From assembly GCF_009914755.1 (NCBI RefSeq), contig NC_060945.1: a DNA stretch of 64,000 nt, one strand, 5' to 3'. A program made the translations under genes and the position numbers. The notes under the pieces are model-generated. The model was not told where the DNA came from, did not search any database, and was given only the letters and a program-made list of their open reading frames with translations. The DNA comes from the human T2T-CHM13v2.0 reference genome, Homo sapiens. Shown here in pieces: positions 1-18,100 of this stretch (position 1 is its first letter; every line of letters starts with the position of its first letter).

Positions 1-455
1 TACACCTAAAAAGAGTTATGATGGTACATTTTATGTTATGTGTATTTTACCACAATTTAATTTTTTTTTTTTAATGGCATGGGGTTGGCTAAAAAGGTGG
101 CCTGGCCTGGAGATTGGCTGCAGTAGACCCCTCTCCGAGGCAGCAGGTCTCCTCTGCTGTCTGGAGAATGCTCCAGGGAAGTGGCCTGGCTGGAGGACGT
201 GAAGGCGGTGGAGACAGTGATCAGGAGCTTGAGCTTTGGGGCCCACAGGGTGCTTAGGAGGGCCCTAAGGCAGAGTCAACACCCAGAGCTGTGAGTGCCA
301 GGCCCCGTGTACCCATTGCCCAGTGGGTATTGCTAATATTTGAAAGGACTTGAGAAAGAACAGTAGCGTGGGTCTTGTGGAAAGTCTTATTTTCCTGCAT
401 AACCCCAGCCCCCTGAGGCTCTGTGAGGCCATTGGGCCTTCTGAGGACACGGTCA

Positions 456-833
<378 letters not shown>

Positions 834-1874
834 TCACATTATTCTTGGGTAAACCTAGAGTAAAGGTGTTGGAAGCAGAATGTTACTCAGTTACATGTGG
901 GATGAACAGAGGTTAGATAAGGTCCAAGTCTGCAGAAACATAGCAGCACTTTCAGAAAGAACCCTAGTCACTTGTTCCTTCATCTGCCATGATGTATTGT
1001 AGGTACACAGGCAGTATACAGATTCCCTACTAGAACCTCCCTGGTTAATATTGTCACAAAATCACAGCTCCTAACAGGTCTCAGAATCTTACTTGCAGTA
1101 ATAATCTCTCTCTCTCCTGGTAGAACTACCAGCTGAGCCCCAGTACATGAATATACTATGAGTCATTCCTCTGAGACATGAACAGAAAACACAGGCCTGT
1201 CAGTTCACTTTTCTAGGAAAGCATAAAGAACATCCGCCAAAGGTCTCTGAGTTACATGGGAACAGTGAATCATGTTTCACTTATAATTCTGGGGTTTCAC
1301 AAGGGTACATGTTTTGGTTTTGTTCCTCTTTCAGTCAGTCAGCTACAAGCTTATTGTCTTCCAGTATCTTTCAGCATTTCCAAGAGCTAGACACTAGATT
1401 CTTGGTAACTTGGTGAATCTATGGCTAAGCCTAAAGCCTGCGGGAGCAAAAGGGAAATTAATCGCTGGGAAACACCCCTTTATATGTTAAGGCCTAAGGC
1501 CCTCGCTCCCAGATTCTCTGCTTGCTGTGCGCTGGTGCAAGGGGAGGGGTGGAGGAGTGCCTGAGACCAATGCTTGTGAACTTGCCCTCTTTTTCCCCAT
1601 CACAGCTGAACAAGAGCCCCCAGTCCCTCCTTCACTGAAAGGTTACAATTTTAGAGACGTCTTAAGATTAATAACCCACAGGCCTACACTGAGGGTTGCA
1701 AGGAAGAACTTGCTTTTCTTCCAATCAGAAAATCAGAAGAAAAAAACAAAACTTGCTTTTCCTGAGTTTTGCCCTTTTAAACTCTCAGCATATTAACATG
1801 GTCAGCCCTGGGATGAGTATTAAAGTGATTACTGAGATGAGGGGTAAGGAGTATTCAACTATTAGAAGTTGTTG

Positions 1875-3030
<1,156 letters not shown>

Positions 3031-3100
3031 ACTAAAGTTAAAAGGTCTGGTATACTGAACTGGTAAACTAATTACAATTTTGCTTTCCAACCTCCTCAAG

Positions 3101-3235
3101 TATTTAAAAGACCCAACTCAGCCCATCTTAGAGGCCTTGGACAAGGACAGCTCACCAAAGGATGACGTCTGGGACTCTGTGTCCATTATCTCGTTTCCGG
3201 AAAAGGAGCAAGAAGATGTTCTCCAAACGCTTTGA
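3101..3235 (+). CDS. IFNGR2: IFNGR2 terminal coding exon (cytoplasmic tail of interferon gamma receptor 2)
   Basis: Pyrimidine tract and AG at 3099-3100, then phase-0 translation YLKDPTQPILEALDKDSSPKDDVWDSVSIISFPEKEQEDVLQTL-TGA, which I recognise as the human IFNGR2 C-terminus. Upstream exons lie outside the window. Confidence 0.97.
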   Translation, partial: YLKDPTQPILEALDKDSSPKDDVWDSVSIISFPEKEQEDVLQTL

Positions 3236-3785
3236 ACCAAAGCATGGGCCTAGCCCACTGGCTCCCTGGAAGAGATCAAGCCATCGGAGCTGCTAGAGTT
3301 CTGTCTGGACTTTCCAGAGACCAGTATTCCCTTTTGCTGCCTCTAAAAGGCCTGTCCCTGCAGACATGAGAGACAGCAGGTCTCATGGGGGTGACAAGCT
3401 TTTTTTTTTTTTCTTAAAGAATTTTCAAAATCAAATTCCAGAATGATTTTACGGAGATATCCCAGGAAAATTAAGGCTTCTCTTAAACACTAAAAAGGCA
3501 TGTAATTGCTTGTTAGCAAAATGGATATGACACATCTCTGATACTTTTTTCATTATTGGTTGGGCTGAGCAGTCAGAAGACCTGGTCGTCGTCTTGACTT
3601 TGGCAAATGAGCCGGAGCCCCTTGGGCAGGTCACACAACCTGTCCCAGCGAGGGACACCGAGTGGCCCTTCATGTACATCCATGGTGTGCTGGCTTAAAA
3701 TGTAATTAATCTTGTAAATATACTCCTAGTAATTTAAGATTTTGTTTTTAAACTGGAAATAAAAGATTGTATAGTGCATGTTTTT
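3236..3785 (+). other. IFNGR2: IFNGR2 3' UTR (end approximate)
   Basis: Unique sequence after the TGA, ending in UGUA motifs, AATAAA at 3758-3763 and a downstream T/GT-rich tract. Confidence 0.88.
3758..3763 (+). terminator. IFNGR2: IFNGR2 polyadenylation signal AATAAA
   Basis: Canonical hexamer with upstream TGTA elements and GT/T-rich downstream sequence. Confidence 0.85.
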
Positions 3786-4256
3786 TAAAGTCTATGTGAA
3801 GTGTTTTCTTTATTGTAGCCTATTTTCTGCAGAGTTTCAGCTTTCTAAAATTACTCAATCTAAACTTGTTTTTTCTTAAATAACACCTGCTAGAGCTACT
3901 GAGGCCTCATGGGAACTCAGCAAACACTTCCTATGGATGTCACTTGATCCTCCAAAGGTTATAAAGAAGGCCAGGGCCTAGTGCAGTGGCCCACGCCTAT
4001 AATCCCAGCACTTTGGGAGGCTGAGGTGGGTGGATCACTTGAGGCCAGGAGTTCTAGACCCACCTGGGCAACATGGTGAAACCCTGTCTCTATGAAAAAT
4101 GCAAAAATTATCCAGGCATGATGACATGCACCTGTAGTCCCAGCTACTTGAGAGGCTAAAGTGGGAGGATGCTTTAGCCTGGGAGGCGGAGGTTACCATG
4201 AGCCGAAATGATGCCACTGCACTCCAGCGTGGGAGGCAGAGCGAGACCCTATCTCA

Positions 4257-4469
<213 letters not shown>

Positions 4470-4925
4470 TCATTTGAGCCTAGGAGTTAGGAGTTCAAGG
4501 CTGCAGTGAGCAATGATTACACCACTACATTCCAGCCTTGGCAACAGAGCAAGAGACCCTGTCTCAAAAATATAAAAGTTATAAGGGGGATTTGCAGAAG
4601 GCACATTAGCACTTCATTTATATGTGACAAGTCACACTGTGTTGACCAAGGCAGGGATTTGTGGGCAATAAAGAGAATTAACTGATTAATCAATAGTAAT
4701 GTTATCTACTGAGCACGCAAGTCATCTGATTGTGTCAGTACTGTCGGGCTCTGTTGTTCAAAGGATATGTATTTAAAATCCATTTATAGGCTGGGCACGG
4801 TGGCTCACACCTGTAATCCCAGCACTTTGGGAGGCCGAGGCAGGCAGATCACCTGAGGTCAGGAGTTCGAGACCAGCCTGGCCAACATGGTGAAAGCCTG
4901 TCTCCACTAAAAGCACAAAAATTAG

Positions 4926-5281
<356 letters not shown>

Positions 5282-5486
5282 TGAGCCACCGTGTCCGGCA
5301 AAAGTGGCTAACTCTCTTAAGTGTTGTGTACCATGCTGTCTGCAGTGGCAAGAGTTAGAAAAACAAGGCCCACTCCCACCCCATGCACACAAGTCTCCCT
5401 GTGAAGCATCTGTTGTATGCATTAGGTGCACCTTAAGTAGACAAGTTTGGAGGAAGAAGTTGTAGATAGGAGTTGTAAAGACTTAC

Positions 5487-5570
5487 CTTAGACCGTTCAG
5501 GAAATCGGAGACAGAAGAGCTTCTTCTGTTGGGCAGCAGGATGGTGGCCAGCGAGGAGTGGAGGATACAT
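5487..5570 (-). ncRNA. TMEM50B: Candidate 84-nt non-coding exon of a TMEM50B read-through isoform
   Basis: On the - strand: ctctttcctgttctcctgctatAG acceptor (5572-5571) and AAG/GTAAGT donor (GT at 5486-5485) in unique sequence. Consistent with my recollection of a long TMEM50B isoform overlapping IFNGR2. Confidence 0.7.
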
Positions 5571-5634
5571 CTATAGCAGGAGAACAGGAAAGAGTTTCAG
5601 CCCAGCAGGACAGAGGGCAAATCAACTCTGTTAG

Positions 5635-5953
<319 letters not shown>

Positions 5954-6101
5954 TAAATAGTATTTTCTGAAATGAAATGCCTCATTCTCCTTAGTAAAAT
6001 AAATGACTAATTGATGGGATTAGTATTTACACTGTCAAGGCCAGGCGCAGTGGCTCACACCTGTAATCCGAGCACTTTGGGAGGCTGAGGTGGGTGGATC
6101 A

Positions 6102-6374
<273 letters not shown>

Positions 6375-6389
6375 TTATAAATAATCCGT

Positions 6390-6570
6390 TGACAGGGCAT
6401 AATCCATAACCTACTTGCCAAATCAGCCCATTCCCTGTTTTTGTAAAACCCGTGTGCTAAGAATAGCTTTTACATCTTGGAATAGTTAAAGTCAAAAGAA
6501 GAATATTTCATCACACATGAAAATTCTATGATATTCAAATTTCACTGTTCATAAATATTTATTAGAACCC
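6390..6570 (+). mobile_element. MER58-like hAT-Charlie fragment
   Basis: gccaaatcagccc...gtttttgta...gctaagaatagcttttaca...aaatttcactgttcataaata resembles MER58B. Confidence 0.65.
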
Positions 6571-6641
6571 AGAAGGTAAGCTGCGTGTAGTGGTTCACAC
6601 CTGTAATCCCAGCACTTTGGGAGGCTGAGGTGGGCGGATCA

Positions 6642-7201
<560 letters not shown>

Positions 7202-7396
7202 TCACATAAAATGGACTTCTGGCAGGGCACGGCGGCTCACACCTGTAATCCCAGCATTTTGGGAGGCTCAGGTGAGCGGATCGCCTGAGGTCAGGAGTTC
7301 AAGATCAGTCTGGCCAACAAGGTGACACCCTGTCTCTACTAAAAATACAAAAATCAGCCCAGCGCAGTGGCAGGTGCCTGTAATCACAGCTATTCA

Positions 7397-7534
<138 letters not shown>

Positions 7535-7579
7535 TTAAAGAAGCCTGCATAGTCACTATGGCCACTATGTCTTTGAAGT

Positions 7580-8345
7580 GCCACAACAGAGAGAGGCTCT
7601 CTGAAAGGAAATGATACTGATTTGGGAATAGGGTATTACAAGGGGAACACGTGTGCCAGAGTAAACTATGTACATATTTAGGAAGGTGAAGGAAAACAAA
7701 GGTTCTTAAAGGAAAAAATGAGGATTAGATCACTGTTTTAAGATAATTATCCTTGGCTATAAGGATCAATAGCAAGGGGGATGCCATTCCAAGGTTAGAC
7801 AGGCAGTTGTTGGGCAGATGTCCTCATAGAAGTGTTTGTTGTGTAAGGCGGTGAAGGGCTTTGTGCAAGGTTGAGATTTTTGCAGTCTTTTGTGATCATT
7901 TTTATTTATTTATTTATTTAGAGACAGAGTCTTGCTCTGTCACCCAAGCTGGAGGGCAGTGATGCAATCACAGCTCACTGCAACGTCTGCCTCCTGGATT
8001 CAAGAAATTCTCCTGTCTCAGCCTCCTTAGTAGCTGGGACTACAGGCATCCGCCACCATGCCTGGCTAATTTTTTGTATTTTTAGTAGAGATGGGATTTT
8101 GCCATGTTGCCCAGGCTGGTCTTGAACTCCTGACCTCAAGTGATCCACCTGCCTCAACCTTCTAAAATGCTGGGATTACAGGCATGAGCCACCACGCCCG
8201 GCCTTGTGATCATTTTTGTTATCAAGCATTTTTGCATGAGAATCCTTCATGGCCTTCCCCAGCTCTATTTGTCAGGGTTTTTTATTTGTTTGCTTGTTTG
8301 TTTGAAGCACAAGTGACTCCATTTTGATTCTGACAACTTCCACAC
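7580..8345 (-). mobile_element. ERV1-class solo LTR (MER31/MER67-like), interrupted by an Alu at about 7900-8202
   Basis: Minus strand starts tgtggaagttgtcagaatcaaaatggagtcac, typical of MER4-group LTRs; Alu TSD ttgtgatcattttt. Confidence 0.6.
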
Positions 8346-9769
8346 TATGCAGTCACATCTCTGAGGCGCCCAGAGCCCTTCAAAATATATTTGCTGTTTG
8401 CCAAATAGTCTCTATTTGAGATGAGAACATCCCCAGCTGTCCTTCTGTTTGATGAGAAGTGAGACTCCACCCCAGCAGCTTCCGGAGATGCAGTCATGCC
8501 TCCCCACCCTTCACTGCCACTCCCAGCCTCCCTTGAGACTCAAGGACTGTCCCACGGGAATGAAGTGAAAGTGACGTCTTTCTCCTTGTTTCCAGTCTGT
8601 GGTGAGGGAAAACAGCTGGCTACGCTTGAGAGGGTATGGAAACTGGTCAGAGTGGTTACTTGGGACCTGGGGCCTCAGAGCCACCCGTTGCTAAGGAGAG
8701 GACTCTGGTCAGGGCAACTTGCCAATGCTCTAGGAATGACACCTAGACATTCCTAAAAAATGATAGCCTAAAAATTCATCCCATTGTAGAAATACAGGCA
8801 GCACTAGCTTCTCTGGGCCCCTCAGTTATCAAAAAAAGAGGAGGGAGGCAGACCCTCAGGGTTACTTTACATCCATATACCTAGCTACAACATAAACATC
8901 AAATGATATGTGGCCAGGCGCGCTGGCTCATGCCTGTAATCCCAGCACTTTGGGAGGCAGAGGCAGGCAGATCACTTGAGGTCAGGAGTTCGACACCAGC
9001 CTGGCCAACATGGAGAAACCCCGTCTCTACTAAAAATACAAAAATTAGCCAGGCATGATGGTGCATGCCTGTAGTTCCAGCTACTCAGTAGGTTAAGGCA
9101 TGAGAATCGCTTGAACCTGGGAGGCGGAGGTTGCAGTGAGCAAGATCGTGCCACTGCACTCCAGCCTGGGCTAACAGAGAGAGACTCTGTCTCAAAAAAA
9201 AAAACAAAACAAATCAAAACAAAAAGCACAACATATGATATTAATGATTTTCCTTGAAATTAAATAGTGGTATGAGTAACAATGTATAATAACTGTAAAT
9301 ATTAATTCAACTCGTTTCATTTCTACATTCAGGTGAATAAAAATATCTGATCTATTCTCTGTGGGTAATAAGAGTATTTTTGTATCTGAAAAGCCTAAGA
9401 GAGGGTCAAACCCTTAAAGAGCTGGTAAGTCCAGGTAGGAGGACCCTGAGGTCCTTGGAGATGGGCAGGTACAAAATTTTGCCTGGCATAAAATTCAATT
9501 AATCAATCAAACTAATGTGTTTCTTGACTATTTACTTTCTGAAATTTTCCTGTGACCCTTAATACAACTGTGAGTACCTTCAAGTGTCCTCCAGATCCAG
9601 ACACTTCTCAAGTGGCCAGCCCCATGCTAACTACTAAAATAGTGGAGCACCAGTAGTCGGGGCTGTGGGTACATTCCTGTAGGCTGTGCACCGCACAACC
9701 CCACAGGTGCTGTTGACCTAAACAGAACACAAAGGCACACAGCAACTGCTAGTAGTCCTGATACGTAAG

Positions 9770-10535
<766 letters not shown>

Positions 10536-10571
10536 TCAGGCTGGGCGCAGTGGCTCACGCCTGTAATCCTA

Positions 10572-10838
<267 letters not shown>

Positions 10839-12407
10839 CTAAACTCACAACTTCCATGGTGGGAGGGAAGTACACTGATCACACTGAATAATGTTTTTGG
10901 CACCAGGAGTAGAAACTGTTGGAGCACAGACCTGTACTATAGTCCCAGCTACTCGGGAGGCTGAGGCTGGAGGGTCACTTGAGCTCAAGAGTTCCAGGTC
11001 GAAGTGTGCAATGTTCATGCCTGTGAAAGCCACTGTACTCCAGCCTGGGTAAAATAGTGAGACTCCATCTCTTTACAAAAAAAAAAAAAAAAAGAAAGAA
11101 AAAGAAACAAAAGAAACTGCTGGCTGGGTGCAGTGGTTCATACCTGTAATCCCAGCATTTTAGGAGGCTGAGGTAGGCAGATCCTTTGAGCCCAGGAGTT
11201 CGAGACCAGCCTGGGTAACATGGTGAAACCCCATCTCTACAAAACATTAACAATTAGCCAGGATGTAGTGGCATGCACCTGAGCTACTTGGAAGGCTGAG
11301 GTGGGAGGATCGCTTGAGCCTGGGAGGTGGAGGGTGACAGAGTGAGACCCAGTCTCAAAAAAAAAAAAAAAAAACCAGAAACTGCTGCTGGAAAAGAGCA
11401 CAATTTACATCCTTTTTGGAGAGCTCTCTGGTTTTATGTCTAGACCTCTGGGGTGGGGAAGAGGTCAACATGCTCCCCAAATCAAAGACCCAGCACTCTC
11501 TACACTGGCATAATCCATGAGGGTCTAGGCAGCCTGTCCTGCCATACTTACTCAAAGAAATTTAAAATATCCTATCTGCCACAGCTGAAAGAATTGAAGA
11601 GGCATTTACTGCTATCCAAAACCCTAAGTAAAATTACTTAAGCTGTGATAAAAGTGCTACAAAAAAATGCTCTGGCAGGCTCTAAACTTGGAAGTCTTGT
11701 TTTTCTTAGCATGGCATGCCACCTTGTGGCAAAAAGCTAAAAAGTCATCAGATGAGAAAGGAAACATCCCTTCAAAAGTCATCATAAGAAATGCCGGGCA
11801 CGGCGCCTGTAATTCCCTGCACTTTGGGAGGCCAAGGCTGGCGGATCGCTTGAGGTTAGAAGTTCGAGACCAGCCTGGCCAACATGGCAAAACCCCATCT
11901 CTACTAAAAATACAAAAACAATTAGCCAGGCGTGGTGGCATGTGCCTACAATCCCAGTTACTTGGGAGGCCAAGGCACGAGAATGGCTTGAACCCAGGAG
12001 GCTGAGGCTGCAGTGAGCCACTGCACTCCAGCCTGGATGACAGAGTGAGACTCTGTCTCAAAAAAAAAAGGAAAAAAAAAGCCTACTTGTGTGAATCACT
12101 TATTATTTCCAGGAACTTTGTTAAGCATTTCCTCAGATTAATTCTCAAACATACTTACAGACAGGGAAACAGTCTTGCAGTCAAATAGCTAATAAATGGC
12201 AGTGCCAGAATAAGGGAATAAGGGAGAAGTAAACCAACCTAAACTTAAATCCATAGGCCTCCGAGAATCCCAGCGCCCAAACCACAACTGTCTAGTAACA
12301 ACGCAATTGGAAGAATTCTTCCTACTGTGCCCTCCTGCCACCATTTTTATTCCCCATAATCAGGCTGGCCACAGGCTTTTCCCAAAGCCAGCCATGCCCA
12401 CACCTAA

Positions 12408-12689
<282 letters not shown>

Positions 12690-12907
12690 TAGTAGAGATG
12701 GGTTTCACTATGTTGGCCAGGCTGATCTCGAACTCCTGACCTCAAGTAATCTGCCCGCCTCGGACTCCCAAAGTACTGGGAGTACAGGCGAGAGCCGCTG
12801 TGCCTGGCCCCAAATTACATTTTTCAACATGTTCCAGGAGATAAATTTCCAAGTCTCAGTAATAGAAAACACCATATAATTGACACCCTCCTCCTAAAGA
12901 CATACAA

Positions 12908-12915
12908 TACACACA

Positions 12916-12950
<35 letters not shown>

Positions 12951-12953
12951 AAA
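12908..12953. repeat. (CA)n followed by poly(A)
   Basis: About 10 CA units then about 25 A. Confidence 0.92.
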
Positions 12954-13042
12954 CCTCTAAGAAAGAAAAGAACTTTACAGAATTTTAAAAAGGTGTTTTG
13001 GAGCCTAGTGTGGTGATTTGCACCTCTAGTCCCAGCTACTCA

Positions 13043-13518
<476 letters not shown>

Positions 13519-13955
13519 TCAGGTACACCTTCAGGGCCACCAGTGTTCTAAAAGCAACTTGGGAAAGGTGCAACTAAATCTAAAAAGGAGAGCTGAGTGT
13601 GGTGGTGCACACCTATAGTAGACTGAGGGGAGGACTGCTTGAGCCAAGGAGTTCAAGGCAGTAGTGAGCTATAATCACACCACGGCGTTCCAGCCTGGGC
13701 AAGAGTAAGACACTGTAAAAAGGACTCCATAAAAAAGAACAATGAAAACAAAGACTCCTGAGTTGATGTTGTGACTGAAAACCCTTCCACTGGGGAAAAA
13801 TGTAGAGATCATGAGTTCAATGCACCCATGTCAAACCCTCTGGGGGCTCTTGCTCAAGGGGCCAAATTATATGGTTTGATATCATCAATCTTTCAGTCTT
13901 CCAATTTCATTATGTTGATGCAAATCAATGTCAAGTCAACGTCTTGTGTATAGAA

Positions 13956-13957
<2 letters not shown>

Positions 13958-14008
<51 letters not shown>
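13958..14008. repeat. (CA)n(TA)n compound microsatellite
   Basis: About 19 CA units followed by about 6 TA units. Confidence 0.95.
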
Positions 14009-14708
14009 CTGGAAAAATACAGCCTCTGGGTTTTTACTCAGTGGCAACAGCACAAGGAATACAAGGATCTTAGAGCAATAAAATGGAATACTCTGATAAT
14101 ATTGGTCCACACACAAAAAACACTCAGATTCAATGACCACTGAATCTATGTGACAGCTTGAGAACCTTAGTAAGGGAATCACATGCATTTGTAGATGATT
14201 ACCAAAGATTCTGCCCTAACTCATAATATTTCTAAGAGTGGATACTAACATTATCTCTTTTATGTTTTTATTTATTTTTTATTTTCTAGACGGAGTCTCG
14301 CTTTGTCACCCAAGCTGGAGTGCAGTTGCACGATCTTGGCTCACTGCAACCTCTGCCTCCCGGGTTCAAGCAATTCTCCCTGCCTCAGCCTCCCGAGTAG
14401 CTGGGATTACAGGGGTGCACCACCACGCCTGGCTAATTTGTTGTATTTTTAGTACAGACCGGGTTTCAGTATGTTGGCCAGGCTGGTCTCGAACTCCTGA
14501 CCTCATGATCTGCCCGCCTCGGCCTCCCAAAGTGCTGGGATTACAGGCGTGAGCCCCCACGCCTGACCACATTATCTCTTTTTTTAAAATGAAGAAACAG
14601 AAAATTAAGTGATTTGCTCACAACTAAAAAACAAATTCAGGGTTGGGTGTGGTGGCTCATGCCTGTCAACCTAGCACTTTGTGAGGTTGAGGCAGGTGGA
14701 TGTGTTGA

Positions 14709-14937
<229 letters not shown>

Positions 14938-15432
14938 TAGTACAGACAGGGTTTCACCATGTTAGCCAGGATGGTCTCGATCTCCTGACCTCGTGATCCG
15001 CCCACCTAGGCCTCCCAAAACATTTTTTTTTAATTAACCAGACATAATGACACGTACCTGTGGTCCCAGCTGCTTGGAAAGCGGAGGTAAGAGGATTGCC
15101 TGAGCTCCAGCATTTGAAGGTGCAGTGAGCTGTGGTTGCACCACTGCACTCCAGCCTAGGCAACAGAGTGAGATATTGTCTTTAAAAAAAAAAAAAAAAA
15201 TTCATGGCAGAGTCAGAAATAGAAAAAAACAGCCACCATTTCCAGTCAGTCTTCAGGGAAACCTTCAATAACCCTCACATAAGCATTTTACAAGTCTATT
15301 TCTTCTTATTTTATAAACATAACTGCATCTTTAATTGGGTATACTTGAATAATTGAAAACTGAACAGCAAATCAATTTTTATGGTTCATTTTCTCCAACA
15401 AACAACAATATTAAACTGTATGAGAAGTAATA

Positions 15433-15438
15433 TTTATT
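15433..15438 (-). terminator. TMEM50B: TMEM50B distal polyadenylation signal AATAAA
   Basis: TTTATT on +; the minus-strand downstream region is GT/T-rich (ttgttgtttgttgg). Confidence 0.8.
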
Positions 15439-16431
15439 GCAACAGGTTATGAGGTGGAAACAAATAATTAGTCTTACAATTTGCTAGAAGCATGACAGAG
15501 CTTACTAACATTTTGAAGAAAAAACAGCAAAGAAAGAAGTCATCAAACAAGATGGTATCTTGACAAAGGCACAGCGCTCCACAACTGCTTCATACTCTGT
15601 GCACAAGAAATCCTCTCAAGAGAGAGGAGAGGAGTGATGCCAAATGGGCTTACATTAGAGCCGTGGACACTACCACTGGTATTATTCATACAACCAAGGC
15701 TCTACAACACCCCTCTGGAGAAAAAGTGCAACACAAAATCTGTGTAACAAAGGAAAGCAAAAGTAGCAATAAGGGCCCAGAGGAATACAAACAGTGCAAA
15801 TACAGTACTGCAAACTCAGTAAAAGGAGTTTTTGATTGGAGTATGAACTTTCAAGTTGAAGATATATTTCACAGGAATATTCACCCAAAGCTTGAGAGCT
15901 AGAGCGAGGAGAGACTTGCAGTCGGTAACTGAGTAGATGAAATGCATAATTTTTCACTAGGTGATAATTCCCTTTGGGAAGAAGTGCTTTATCTTTAATT
16001 ATTCCACTTTTTGTTAAATGGTTCATGCTTTTAAACTGCGATTGTCTCAAACTTGCTTGCTATTGAATTGTGTAACATCAGATAATGGCAAGTTGTCAAA
16101 AGATAACCCCAGTGGATATTTGAAGCTGCTTTTACGAGAAGCATGGTGCTGAGCTGCCTTACACAGTCTTTTTACAGTAACCATAAAAAACTGAGTTTAT
16201 TTGATCATGTATTATCCCTTCTCACATAAAGTCATATTAGAGGAATTCTTTTTAAAAGAAGCTTTCAAACTAGTCCTTTGGGCATTTAAAAAATCATTAT
16301 ATAAAAGTACACTTCTTCAATACATAAGAACAAATATTTTTTCTTTACCAAAAAAACCTCATTTTTAGGCCAAAATAAGTTACAACTTGCTGAAAACCTT
16401 TTATGGCTCAGTGCTCATTCTAGATATATGA

Positions 16432-16771
<340 letters not shown>

Positions 16772-17093
16772 AGAGAGACAAGAGTGGTTACTTCTAAAAT
16801 GACAAGATGATGTAACCCTGGCTCAGGGAGTAGATCAAGTTCTAAATCTCAGGAATAAAAAACTGATACTCATTATCCAATTCATATAGTCTTGTATTAT
16901 ATACATATTAACAGTCTATGCAATGAAAAATAAAGAAATTTCATAAAACTATTTCAAAACTCAGAACATAAAAATGTAAAGAAACAAAACATTTAATGTA
17001 CAATCTACTCCATTTGGCAATGTGTACTGAGAGATAAAAAACCTATCTACAAACAGAATATAACAAAAGGAAAATGTGACTTAAGAAGTGATC

Positions 17094-17139
17094 TCAGGTC
17101 CATAGCTCTTCGGTTCTTCCAAATTTGTAGATCAGAGTG
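17094..17139 (-). CDS. TMEM50B: TMEM50B exon 7 coding part (S)TLIYKFGRTEELWT*
   Basis: Acceptor ctttctAG at 17141-17140; 46 nt to TGA at 17096-17094. The six coding exons total 477 nt = 158 aa plus stop. Confidence 0.96.
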
Positions 17140-17559
17140 CTAGAAAGATAGGAAAACAAATCATGAGGAAAAAACCGATGGAACAAGCAACACAGAATTC
17201 ATTTTCTCAATATGCTTTGACAGGTACTTCACTGATTCCTATCAATTTTAAAAATTAAATTAGACATCATGGCAGTGTTGGTCTTAATTTGCTTATTTTG
17301 TAAAGCAGTCTGTTAACTACGATGGCTAAGCATAACTGTATTCTTTCTTAAGGCCTGGGAAGTTATTAACAGGCAACTTGTAAGGAAAAGAGACATTTCT
17401 CTATGACTCAGAAACAAAAAAATGAATCAATAAATCAAAAGAAAAAGGGAGAGAGACCATTCTCATAGTGACAGGCATTAGGGCCATTTTATGTCTCCAG
17501 GAGCCTACCATATCTAAATTACAGTAACTGAAGCACCCTACAACAGACCATGCTGCAAT

Positions 17560-18100
17560 TCTTCATTCCTTCAACAAATAATTATTGTGCACTGAAAAGT
17601 GGCTACGTACCAAGCACCTAAGTGCTGGGGTGAGACTGAGTCCAGACAAACTTGCTCCCTAATGGAGCTAAGGGTCTAATAAGGAGACAATCAAATAAAT
17701 ATAAAATTCCACCTATAAAAAAATGCTATAAATGAGAGGTGCACAGTATCCTCAGAGTGAAACATAAGGATCAGACCTAGTTAGAGAGGTCAGGAAAGGT
17801 TTTCCTGAGGAGTGGTGACTGAATTGAGATCCAAAAGAAGAGGGGGAATTATCTCGGCAAAGTGAGAGAGGATAAGGAGGCGGGAGCAGAGAGATGGGAC
17901 ACTCCAGGGCCATGAGTTGAGCTGTGGGCATACTAAATGTTTTGGATTTGAAATGTCAGCAACCCAAGAAGGGATGTGAAGTAGGAATCTGGATATACGG
18001 TTTAGGCCTGGAAAGGGACATCTGTGACTCACTGGCATATAAGCAATAATTGGAGTCCTAAGTACACATGAGTTCACCCAGGGACAGAAAAATAACAAGG
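17560..18100 (-). mobile_element. L2 fragment
   Basis: ttcattccttcaacaaataattattg..cac (inverted L2 3' end) followed by purine-rich L2-like body. Confidence 0.65.

Noticed and set aside
12107-12115. Perfect GAS motif TTCCAGGAA
   Set aside because: A single 9-mer of this class is expected by chance in 64 kb; no supporting context.
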